Made by a program: the position numbers and the translations under genes. A DNA stretch of 59,306 nt from positions 60,416,069-60,475,374 of the forward strand of contig JAUZTB010000076.1 in NCBI GenBank assembly GCA_034780895.1, read 5' to 3'. Positions 1 through 10,026 of this stretch are shown here, in pieces (positions within the stretch are counted from its first letter, which is position 1; each line of letters starts with the position of its first letter). The DNA is from Rhynchobatus australiae (taxonomy: Eukaryota). Under the pieces are notes generated by a model. It ran no database searches, was not told the origin of the DNA, and was given only the letters and a program-made list of their open reading frames with translations.

Positions 1-713
1 ACCACCAGATTGTTTCGTGAAGTTTGTAACAAAGGATTTTTGGCTTATAATGGTTATTGTGAGCATTATGAAAAATGTCATCCCAACGTGGATATTAAAG
101 TGGATGTAGTGCAGTGGATGAAAGAAGTTAGACTATCACACTATATCCTTTCATTTCACCAAATGTAGGTTTGATGCAGGCTGGTGTTGACAGGGTAGCT
201 AAGGAGAGGTTTGAATGTGCAACATATGATGCAGTTTTTATCTCCGAGTGGTCTCAGCTATCATGAAAGGCAGAGACAGCCAGTGGTGCATTACCAAAAG
301 AGCACTGGGAGGGAAGGCACTAAGTGAGATTGACAGTAGGAATGGCACTATTAGGAAAAGGGGGAGGCTGATGTCAGTCTGGACTGAAGAGGAAATTAAG
401 TTATTAGAACTGGAGAAGTTTGCAGGACAGAGAAGTAATAATGCGTTAGTAACCAGCTAAATCTAACAAACAGGTACCTGATAAAAGGCGCATGACTAAG
501 GTTAATAATAGGCATGCAGCTTTGGTTAGTAACTCTGTTGAGTTGGACAAGGATGATAAAGTTGAAGAGTGTAGTGTGGATAATACATATAATGGGGGAG
601 TAGTAATGAGACAGATATTGTAAGTGAGGAAATTGGTAAAGGAGCTCAACTTAGGCTGGAGATACCCTCCCTTATACAGGTTGAGGAACAGTGTGTTCTA
701 ATTCTAGTAGTAG

Positions 714-946
714 TGTAGTGACCCGTACTCGTGTGTGTCGAACTGCCATCGATGGCCGCGGGCACATTGCGATCAGCCCGCAAGGCGGGCCTTCCGGTGC
801 GGACCTGACAACACATCCGCCAAAAGGCCCCTCGGGTACTTTTGTGCGCGCACGCGCGCCTTTTGTTTCTCTGAGTAAAGTGTGCTTCAATCCAGCCTCC
901 ATGTCTCCGAATCATCCCTTGTGGAAATGCGTCACGTACGGCCACA
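714..946 (+). repeat. 5' LTR (233 bp)
   Basis: Starts TGTAGTGACC and ends GGCCACA. Aligns with 4682-4924. AGTAAA poly(A)-like signal at 874-879. Confidence 0.95.
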
Positions 947-948
947 TT

Positions 949-961
949 TGGTGACCCCGAC
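949..961 (+). promoter_or_regulatory. Primer-binding site, tRNA-Trp
   Basis: TGGTGACCCCGAC lies 2 nt after the LTR end. It is complementary to the 3' end of tRNA-Trp and matches the first 13 nt of the avian sarcoma/leukosis virus PBS. Confidence 0.9.
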
Positions 962-990
962 ACTTCCAGACAGCATCTGGGATCCACGAC

Positions 991-1692
991 ATGAGTTCCA
1001 GCGACTTGCACAACGCAGTCTCGTTCAATCTCCCGATGTTCTGGGCCGCCCAGCCCCACGTGTGGTTTGAGCAGGCAGAGGCCCAGTTCAGCATCAGAGA
1101 CATTACAGCCGACACCACACTGTACTACTACGCGGTCAGCGCGCTCGACCAGGACACGGTGGGCCGGATCATCGATTTCCTGCACCGACCACCAGCAGAG
1201 GACAGGTACACTAAAATTAAGGCGCTCCTCATCCGCACCTTCGGGCTTTCCAGCCGAGAACGGACCATGCAACTCCTGCACATGGATGGTCTGGGCGACC
1301 GCAAGCCATCCAAATTGATGAACGATATGCTGGCACTCATGGACGGCCATAAGCTGTGCTTTTTATTCGAACAATTGTTCCTTGAGCAACTGCCAGAGGA
1401 ACTTTGCCCCTTCCTCGCGGGCGAGGATTTCAGCAACCCCCACAGACTCTCACCCCGTGCCGACATCTTGTGGCAGAGTAAGCAGCAGGGCGCGGCTTCT
1501 ATCTGCCTAACCATGACTGCGCAGCCCAAGCCCACGCCCAAAGCCCCACAACCGGAGCCACCGGGGCCTGCGAGGGACCAGGAGGAAGGCTCGGACCAAT
1601 TGTGTTTTTACCATCAGAGACGGGGATCGAACGTGCGCTGCTGCTGCCTGCCATGTTCCTACCAGGGAAACGCCAGGGCCGGCTGTCGCTTG
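991..1692 (+). CDS. gag: Gag of the Gypsy element (CHCC zinc knuckle); the natural stop is probably mutated, so the ORF track extends to 1908
   Basis: N-terminal LPMFWAAQPHVWFEQAEAQF, LGDRKPSKLM, and C-x2-H-x9-C-x3-C (CFYHQRRGSNVRCCCLPC). The end coordinate is inferred. Confidence 0.85.
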
Positions 1693-1710
1693 TGGCTTCG
1701 ACAGCCGGCC
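1665..1710 (+). promoter_or_regulatory. -1 programmed ribosomal frameshift signal (slippery G GGA AAC + 12-bp hairpin)
   Basis: GGGAAAC at 1665-1671 is in gag phase. A 5-nt spacer precedes the perfect stem GGCCGGCTGTCG (1677-1688)/CGACAGCCGGCC (1699-1710). The -1 frame is the protease frame. Confidence 0.85.
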
Positions 1711-4620
1711 ATCACGACAGCCTCCTTTTCCTTTGGGANNNNNNNNNNNNNNNNNNNNNNNNNNNNNNNNNNNNNNNNNNNNNNNNNNNNNNNNNNNNNN
1801 NNNNNNNNNNNNNNNNNNNNNNNNNNNNNNNNNNNNNNCGGACGTACGGCACGTGTACCATCCTGCTGCGTTTCAGACCCAGCTCTTTCACCTGGACCTT
1901 CACGGTAGCAGCAGTATCACGGCCATTACTAGGGGCGGATTTCCTACGGGCCAACCGCCTTCTGGTCGACCTGAAGGGCTGACGTTTGGTCTACGCAGAG
2001 ACTTTCCAGACATTCCAGCTCGGGGATGCCCATGTCCCGGCCCTCCACCTGGACTCCGTCACACTCTCGGGTGACGAGTTCGGGTTCTGGCTGATTTCCC
2101 CTCTATCATCACTCCACAGTTCTCCACCACCAGCCCCAAGCACGGCGTGCAGCATGACATCCCCACACAGCGGCCACCACTGCACGCCCGAGCCTGTAGG
2201 CTCCCACCCAACAAGCTCCACCTCACCAAGGAGGAGTTTCGGAAAGTGGAGGAGTCATCTAGCACTCTGACAGCTCTTTGAGCATCGCCGCTGCATATGG
2301 TGCCCAAGGTCGCCGGGGGTTGGAGGCCCTGCGGGGACTACAGGAGGCTCAGTGATGCCACCGCTGCCAATCGATATCCGGTGCTTCACATCCAGGACTT
2401 CACGGTGAACCTGCACGGGGCGACCATCTTCTCAAAAATCAACCTTGTCCAGGGGTACCATCAGATCCCTGTACGCCCCGAGGACGTGCCCAAGACAGAC
2501 CTCATCACCCCCTTCGGGCGATTCGAATTTCCCTGGATGCCCTTCGGCCTCAAGAACGCCACCCAGACTTTCCAGAGACTCATAGATTCGGTAGGGCGAG
2601 GCCTGGATTTTGCTTTTATCTACCTGGATGACATCCTGGTGGGCAGCCAGTCACGCCATGAGCACATGGCACATCTGCACCAGCTCCGCCAATGCCTGAG
2701 CGACCACGGAATGGCAATTAACCCGGTGAAGTGCCAGCTTGGGCTGCAGGAGTTCGACTTCTTGGGCCACAGAGTAAACCAGCACAGCGCCGCCCCTGCT
2801 ACTGGACAAAGTCCAGGCTATCCGCCAGTTCCCCAAACCCAGCACGGTCAAGGGCCTGCAAGAGTTTGTGGGGATGGTGAATTTCTACCATCGTTTCGTG
2901 CCAGTGGCGGCGCGCATCATGAGGCCCCTGTTCAGTCTGATGGCTGGGAAGGCCAAAGAGGTGGCATGGGACGCGGAATCCATGGAGGCTTTCGAGCGGA
3001 CCAAAGAGGCTTTGGCGAGAGCGACCCTCCTGGTACACCCGAGAGTCGACGTGCCCACGGCGCTCACAGTCAACGCCTCCGACACGGCGGTCAGCAGGGT
3101 CCTGGAGCAGCTCGTCGAGGGCAAATGGCAGCTGCTCGCCTTTTCCAGCCGTCACCTGCAACCACCAGAGGTTAAATACAGCGCTTTCAACAGGGAGTTG
3201 CTAGCGCTCTACCTGGCGATTTGGCACTTCCAGTATATCCGTCATCTATACGGACCACAAACCCCTCACCTTCGCTTTCACGAAAGTATTGGACCCGTGG
3301 TTGGCCCAACAACAGAGGCACCTCTCTTTCATCTCGGAATTCACCACAGACGTCTGACACATTGCAGGAAAGAACAACGTGGTTGCCGACATGCTCTCCC
3401 GCCCCCCACATCCACTCAATGGCCACAGCGTCCCCGGGCATCGACTACGTGGGGTGGCGCAAGCACAGCAGGCGGACACCAAGATCCTGGCATACCGCAC
3501 AACCATTTTGGGGCTCCAGTTGGAGGACATCCCTGTCTGCCCGGTGTCAGTTCGACTCCTGTGCTACACGTCCACTGGCAGGCCCCAGCCCGTGGTGCCA
3601 GCAGTGTGGAGGAGACGGGTGTTTGACACACTGCACGGCCTGGCACACCTGTCCATTCGGGCGTCTATCAAACTGGTAGCAGACAAATTCATTTGGCACG
3701 GCTTGCGGAAGCAGGTCGGGCACTGGGCCAGGACTTGCAATACACTGCCAAACATCCAAAGCCCAGCGGCACGTGAAGGCCCCCCTCCAGCAATTCCAGC
3801 CCATGCTCGGGAGGTTCCGGCACATCCACATTGACATCGTCGGCCCCCTACCGGTCTCCCAGGGCGGCAGGTACATCTTCACCATGGTCGACAGGTTCAC
3901 CAGGTGGCCAGAGGCCGTGCCGTTGGCAGACACATCCACTGAGTCCTGCGCCAGGATGCTCATTGCGAATTGGATCGCCAGGTTCAGGCTGCCGGCGGAC
4001 ATCACCTCTGACAGAGGTGCACAATTCACGTCTAGTTTGTGGACAGCACTGGCACAACTTTTGGGCACCCGACTACACCACACCATGGCATACCACCCTG
4101 AGTCCAACGGCCTGGTCGAGCGGTTCCACAGGCACCTCAAGTCAGCACCAAAGGTGCGCCTCCAGGGACCCAACTGGACTGATGAGCTTCCCTGGGTCTT
4201 ACGGGGCATCTGCACGGCCCCCAAGGAAGACCTGTGCACCTCCTTGGCGGAGTTGGTCTACAGCACCCCCTGACAGTCCCAGGTGAGTTCGTACCAGAGA
4301 CCCAAGACCCAGCAGGGACACCAGCAGAGGTGTTAACGAGGCTGCGGGACAGGGTGGGGACCATGGCACCAGTCCCCACCTCCAGACATGGGTCAACACC
4401 ATCCTTTATCCCCAAGGACCTCCAGGACTGCAAATAAGTGTTCATTCGCAGGGACATGCACAAGGCACCACTTCAGGGTGCTCTGGCACAACGGCTCTAC
4501 ATATGTTGTCGAAGTGGGTGGCCGAGAAGAAACTTTCACAGTGGACTGCCTTAAACCGGCATATGTGGACATCGAGCAGCCGGTGCAGGCACCCGCACCC
4601 TGCCGGTGGGGCAGGCCACC
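1665..4620 (+). pseudogene. pol: Pol polyprotein (protease-RT-RNase H-integrase), broken by stops and frameshifts
   Basis: PLLGADFL (protease C-terminal part; the active site falls in the N gap 1739-1838). RT: WRPCGDYRRL, MPFGLKNA, YLDD (2621-2632). RNase H: [N]ASD, YSAFNRELLA, VADMLSR. Integrase: HIDIVGPLP, DRFTRWPEA, TSDRGAQF, YHPESNGLVERFHR. Confidence 0.93.
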
Positions 4621-4669
4621 CAAGAAGGACACGCAGACTGGGGGCTCCACATGCCCGATGGGCATTTCT

Positions 4670-4681
4670 GGGGTGGCGGGG
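4670..4681 (+). promoter_or_regulatory. Polypurine tract
   Basis: GGGGTGGCGGGG immediately before the 3' LTR. Confidence 0.8.
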
Positions 4682-4924
4682 TGTAGCGACCTGTACTCAG
4701 GCGTGTTGAACCACCATTGGTAGCTGCAGATGGACGCGCAGGGGCATGTTGTGATCGGCCTGCAGGGCGGGCCTTCCGGCAGGGACCTAGCATCACGTCT
4801 GCCAAAAGGGCCCTCGGGTACTTTTGCGTGCACGCGCCTTTTGTTTCTCTGAGTAAAGTGTGCTTCGATCTAGCCTCCATGTCTCCAAGTCTTCCCTTGC
4901 GGAAACGCATCGCCTACGGCTACA
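4682..4924 (+). repeat. 3' LTR (243 bp)
   Basis: Starts TGTAGCGACC and ends GGCTACA, followed by TSD GTAG. AGTAAA at 4852-4857. Confidence 0.95.
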
Positions 4925-7475
4925 GTAGCTCCATTTATCTGTCATAGTTTGTAAACAACACCGTGTTACTTGTGGATAAATGGGATTCTAAAAGCAATTC
5001 CTGCTGAGAGTTACTGAATAAAATCTCACAGTTGTTATTTGCGCTTGGGAAAAGGAAGTGAAGAAAGGTGTGATAAATAGGAAGACAACTAAAAGGTTAA
5101 ATATTCCCAATTCTGATGATGAAAGATTTGCCAGGTGTAAAGGGGAGTATTTAAGGGCACAACGCTGATTCAAAGAAAATAAGGTGGCATTGGCCAGACA
5201 ACTTATGGATGGTCCAGCTAGTGTTGATGTCCTTTGAATATTAGTAAATTTGAAGAATATTACAAAGGCAGATTTACTGTCAATAATAAGGCAGATATCA
5301 CAAAATTTAGCCCTCCGTTTTGCCTGGCTCTTATTAGATATGAGCATCAAGGAGGTAAAAGAAGCTATTGGTAATTTTAAGGACACAGTTGCTGGTCCAG
5401 GTGTCTTTCAATAGATTCAGTAAATTAGATATGGAGGTTAAGGCTAAGATGTACTCCTTGTGGATCAAGAGTAGGATGATACTATGCTACTTTAAGAATA
5501 GCTGCACCATTTTAATTCCCAAATCAGATGACCCAGTTAAACTTGAGAATGTCAATAACTGGAGGCCCATAACAACTGGGTCCACCTCACCGAAAACTTT
5601 CACTGAAATTCAATTCTCTCAAAATGACTAACCAAGATGATCTTAATTAAAGAACGGTTGAAGGGTTTCTTAATGGCTAACCCTGGCTGCAATCAAGATA
5701 TTGCTATTTTAAATAATCTTTCAACTGGGTCTAAAAAATATTTTAAAAATCACCACAGATTTTTATTGACTTGGGTAAAGCCTTTGACTGGGTTGAACAC
5801 AAACTAATTAGCAAGACATTATGTCGGTTATGGTCTGCAAGGATTTTACTGAGTTAGTTTCAGATCTTTATTCCGAATGTTCCACTTTTATCGAAGTTAG
5901 GACTGGTAAGACTGCTCCCATTTTAATTGAAGTGGAGTTAAGCAAGGCATTCTGCTTTCAACCATTTTATTTAATTGTATAATGGACTTATTATTATGTT
6001 TATTAGAGCAAAATGGGAATGGTTTTATCTCAATGGTTTTGACATGTCATGTGCAGAACTTGCCTTTGCTGTTGATGTTGCATTAATTAGCAACTATCCC
6101 AAGGGCATGGCTAGAAACCTTAAAATTGGTGAGAAGTTTTGCAGTAGGACAGGTTTAGAAATCAATACTAAAAAGAACTGCTGGTTTTCCCATGACAGTC
6201 CAAAATCCAAGTTTTATTCATAACAATAGTGAGAAATGGAAGATCAAAAACGATGAGCGTCACTTTATTGGTCATGTGAAAAATACCTGGGAGCACGGAT
6301 TGGGGGTTTTAGTTAAGAATTTAAAAGTAAATTAGTTCAATAGTCTGCCAGTTTAGATAAAGCTAAGCTTAAACTGAAACAGAAAGTAGAGATTTTAAGA
6401 GTTTTTGTGATCCCTTGTCTATACTATTCATTAATGTTAAATGAGGCATCACAAAATATCCTAGTTAGTTTGGATGAAGTAATCCAAAGTTCTGTCAAGA
6501 AATTTTTAAACCTACCACCCTGTGTTAACAATGGTCTATTATAGTCAAGAGCCTGTGATGGGAGGTCTGAAAATTCTAAAACTGAAAACACCAATACCCA
6601 TCCCTCTTGTGAGTATACTGGAAGGTTTTACTAAAGCCACTGATAAACTGGACCCAACTCCATTTAAGTTTGCGGGGACAGATTTATCAGATTAAATTAG
6701 ATCGTATATGGGATTCAAATGTCTTGGTGATGATGGTGTGAATTTGGATAGTGTTTCAGTTGGGGGTCCTCATGATAATGTCATCATCTCGAGGAACCTT
6801 AATTGGAGAGATTTAAAGAGTTTGAGTGTTGGATGTGATTTCCTCAGCAAGGGGTCGGGGTGAAGAGTTTTAAAAATGTCATTTTTAAAACTCTTCACCC
6901 CGTGATTGGGTTAAGGGTTTTGGTCCTTTCATCAAGTCAGATTTTATTAATGCACTTTTAACCAGATCTAACACATACCCTGTGAAATGCAGTCTTGCTA
7001 CTGCAAGACCAAGCATGGACAGACGTGTAGGCATTATTTGGGTGGGGGGGGGGGGGTAAAAAAAACCTTTGGGCCATGTTTCTAGGCACTGCCCGGCAAT
7101 TAAAAAAAAGCCCTGGATAAAGAGGTATAACAGAAATTTAGATACGTTGGTTCATTTTTTAAAAACCTTGGTTTGCAGATGCAGATGGAAAAAGATGGAT
7201 TTGTGATGCCATTTTTGATAAGGGAAATACCTCTGTTATTGTTGACATCATAACAGCAACTCCTTGGACAAGGCTCTCAGTGAGAAACACAGAAATATAA
7301 GCATTTAGAAGCCATGATTAAGGAGTGTTACTCAGTGGAGTTTGTTGGCTTTTTGTGGTTTTGTCAAGGGTGCCGGAGGAATTAGTCCCCTGAGAATGAT
7401 GATTGAGTTTCCTCGGGATCCCAAAATCTGAGAGGTTCTCCCCCCGGAGTTTCAAGTTCAGCACTTAAATCAATA

Positions 7476-7782
7476 AATTGGTTTATTATTGTCAAATGTA
7501 CTGAGGCACAGTGAAAAACTTTGTTTTGTATGCCATCCATGCAGATCATTTCATCACATCAGTACATCGAGGTAGTACAAGGGAAAAACAATAACAGAAT
7601 GCAGAATATAGCATTACAGTTATGGAGAAAGTTTAGTGCAGGTAGACAATAAAGTACAAGGCTGTGATGAGATAGACTATCAAGTCAGGAGTCCATCTTA
7701 TTGCACAAGAGGTCTGTTCAACAGTCTTATAACAGTGGATAGAAGCTGTCCTTGAGCCTGGTGGTACATGCTTTCAGACCTT
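7476..7782 (-). mobile_element. Rex1/Babar-like LINE 3' end
   Basis: The minus strand reads ..TTRLKDSFYP..RLLN, then a 3' UTR ending AATAATAAACCAATT. Same family as 8870-9096. Confidence 0.65.
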
Positions 7783-7789
7783 TACAACC

Positions 7790-8830
7790 CAAAGGGAACA
7801 GGACCGATATCTGTGTAGGGGATGGAGTTTGCTCGTGCTGTTGGGGAGGGTTTAATCAAGCTTGGCAGGGGATGGGAACCTGAGAGTAGAAGCAGAAGGA
7901 AGGAAAACCAAGTTGAAAATAGAAGATAGAGGTTCAGGTGAAGGGCTATTTAAGGTTGCAACAAAATATCAACAGTGTAGGGGTAATGATAACAAGAGCT
8001 TATAAAGAATGGGCACAGCATACAATCATACATATGGAAGTTGCAGGTAGAGCTGAGCAAATACAGTGAGAAGAACGAAAAGGGGTAAGATCAAATTAAA
8101 GGCTCTTTCACTGAATGCATGCAGCATTTGTAATAAGATAGTTGAGTTGATGGCACAAATAGAAATAAATGGGTATGATCTGATCACCAATGTCATGTTA
8201 TTGTATTTTAAATGACATCTTTACGCAGCAGGCATTTGACAGAAAATGTGAGAGATGTAGGGTTGCAAAGTGACAAGGCTGAGAAATGAACATTTAGGGT
8301 TATTTCACNNNNNNNNNNNNNNNNNNNTAGCAAGAAAAAGTGTTAATAATGGATGAGATCATATCGTGGTCAGAATAAGACTAGCTCAGAAACTCGAGAT
8401 ACAGAATCAGTTTGGACAGAGTCAGACATCACTGTTGGGACTGGTGTACATGTGAGTGAGAAGGTCCCTTTATCGACAGTATAACAGAGCAAATTGAAAT
8501 TAAAGAAAAATGTGGATTTTGTATGAAAGTTGCTACAATGATCTTGAGAAACTTTCATCAGCCTATAGATTGGACAATTCAAATTGGTAGGGACAACCTT
8601 GAGGACAAGTTCACAGAGGGCTTGTTTCTGACAGCAGTATGTTGAGGAACCAACCAGGAAACAGGCTACTTTAGATCTGGTATCACGTAAAGAGACAGGA
8701 TTAATTAATGACCCACGGTAAAGGGTCCCACTGGAATGAGTGATCATAGCATTGTAGCATGTCAAATTCTGCCCAAGGGTGAGAAAGAGGCCTGAAACTA
8801 GTGTCCTAAACTTAAATAAAGGCAACTACA
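7790..8830 (+). mobile_element. CR1 LINE fragment (ORF1 end + APE endonuclease start)
   Basis: FARAVGEGL-like ORF1 end, LNA[C]SICNKI, YVEEPTRKQATLDLV and SDH motifs; decayed. Confidence 0.75.
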
Positions 8831-8869
8831 TTAATAGGAATCAATATCATAAATGGAAATTGGTTTCAA

Positions 8870-9096
8870 TTCCATAATCTTGATCTCTCAATCTCCCTTG
8901 TCGTAACCCTTGCACCTTATCGTTGACCTGCACTGCACTTTCTCTATAACTGTAACACTATATTCTACATTCTGTTATTGCTTTTCCCTTTGTACTGCCT
9001 TGTACTTATGTTTTGAAATGATCTTTAATGGATGGCATGCAAAACAAAAGTTTTTCACTGTAGCCTGGTACGTGTGACAATAATAAATCAATTACC
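8870..9096 (+). mobile_element. Rex1/Babar-like LINE 3' UTR fragment
   Basis: Reverse-complement match to ~7476-7700; ends GTGACAATAATAAATCAATT. Confidence 0.65.
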
Positions 9097-9894
9097 AATA
9101 GTTTTTAGGCAAGCTTAGAATGTCACAATTATTGAAAATATATCGTGCAAAAATAGAGAAGCCTGGAAACTACAGTGTTTGTCACTCCAGAAGTGTGACA
9201 TCTCTTGGCAGAACCAATTACTCCTTGCTTCACACTGTTCACTATCAACTGCCCCAGACACTCAGTAGTTAATAGGAATCATCTAGGACAACAGTTCTAA
9301 CTGCGGAAAAAGCACAAAATAGGAGTACTTCACAGAGATTGAGAGTATGTGACATGCTGAAGAAAGCAGCATAAGTCTGACTGCATAAAAGTTGCAGCAC
9401 TCGATTTTTATTTGAAGGATATGAAAAGGGAAAGAAGTTGAGTGGTATGGTCATCAAGAGTTACTAAAAGATGGAGATTTATTTTGTAACCATGCTTGTG
9501 CTATGTATCTCACTGGCGATTTCAGAAAAAGCAAAATGATATTGTTACAAATTGATAATAGCCAGCAGTACGAATCAGATTCTCCCTTTCTAAACATCAT
9601 TTGCATATGCAGAAAGAATTTCTTTTCCCATCAAATGCCTGCTACGTAAAGATGTCATTCAAAATAATGATGAACATTGGTGACAGACCAAATTTATTAT
9701 TAGGCAGATTTATTAACATAACTTCATTCAGGTAAGTGAAAGGTGCAGAATATTGGGTCTTGTAAAGAGTCTGTTTTTCATTCTTTCTTTGTGTGCATTT
9801 ACTACCACATTGTCCAACTGCAAAATAGTCATATTTGCCAAGATTCCTTGTCCCTTAACATAAGTTAGGTCAGAAACAAGCAAGTTTTACCTAC

Positions 9895-10026
9895 CTTCTC
9901 TGCGTGTTTACTCTCCTCACGAATTTGGTCAGTCTCATCATCTTCTAAGTACTGTCCATTATTCAGAACCCAAGCAGCTGTCCTCTCCACTGGTGACATG
10001 GTGGCAGTCTCCACTGGTGACTGAAC
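9895..10026 (-). CDS. RASAL2: RASAL2 coding exon (VQSPVETATMSPVERTAAWVLNNGQY...KHAEK), 132 nt, phase 0-0
   Basis: tgcag acceptor and GTAGGT donor. ERTAAWVLNNGQY is the conserved RASAL2/SynGAP-family C-terminal motif. Too short for the ORF track. Confidence 0.95.

Larger units (their letters stand above)
714..4924 (+). mobile_element. Full-length Ty3/Gypsy LTR retrotransposon, CsRn1/Kabuki/Boudicca-like, decayed
   Basis: TG...CA LTRs at 714-946 and 4682-4924; 4-bp TSD GTAG at 710-713 and 4925-4928; PBS; PPT; gag-PR-RT-RH-IN order; much more GC-rich than the flanks. Confidence 0.96.
1..7468 (+). mobile_element. Degenerate R2-like (A-clade layout) non-LTR retrotransposon, interrupted by a Gypsy element at 714-4924; 5' end outside the window, 3' UTR not seen
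   Basis: Manual translation across stops and frameshifts gives, in order: ZF1 F[R]EVC-x12-H-x4-H (~14-81); CCHC-type ZF2 ending HTISFHFTKC (~138-166); ZF3 FECAT..GLSYHERQR[Q]P (~210-285); Myb WTEEEIKLL...KSNKQVPDKRR (~376-492). After the LTR insertion come RT motifs TVAGP, TILIPKSDDPVKLENVNNWRPITTGS, KGF..PGC, FIDLGKAFD, GVKQG..LS.ILFN, LAFA[V]D (FAVD at 6065-6076) and KYLG. These are followed by LK.KQK..IL, LNLP..DG/GL, QGVGVKSF, RSNTYP, CCHC (CRH..TLGHVSRHCP..IKR.N, ~7026-7135) and RLE (DAIFDKGNTSVIVDI, EK..KY, EF.GF..GAGG). Confidence 0.88.

Noticed and set aside
646-4910. Many overlapping minus-strand and alternative-frame ORFs in the Gypsy element
   Set aside because: Shadow ORFs caused by high GC; no recognisable domains and no env-like ORF.
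9632-9640. CAAATGCCT resembles the 28S sequence downstream of the R2 site
   Set aside because: Only a 9-nt match, lacking TAGC before and CGTC after, and more than 2 kb from the R2 ORF end; consistent with chance.
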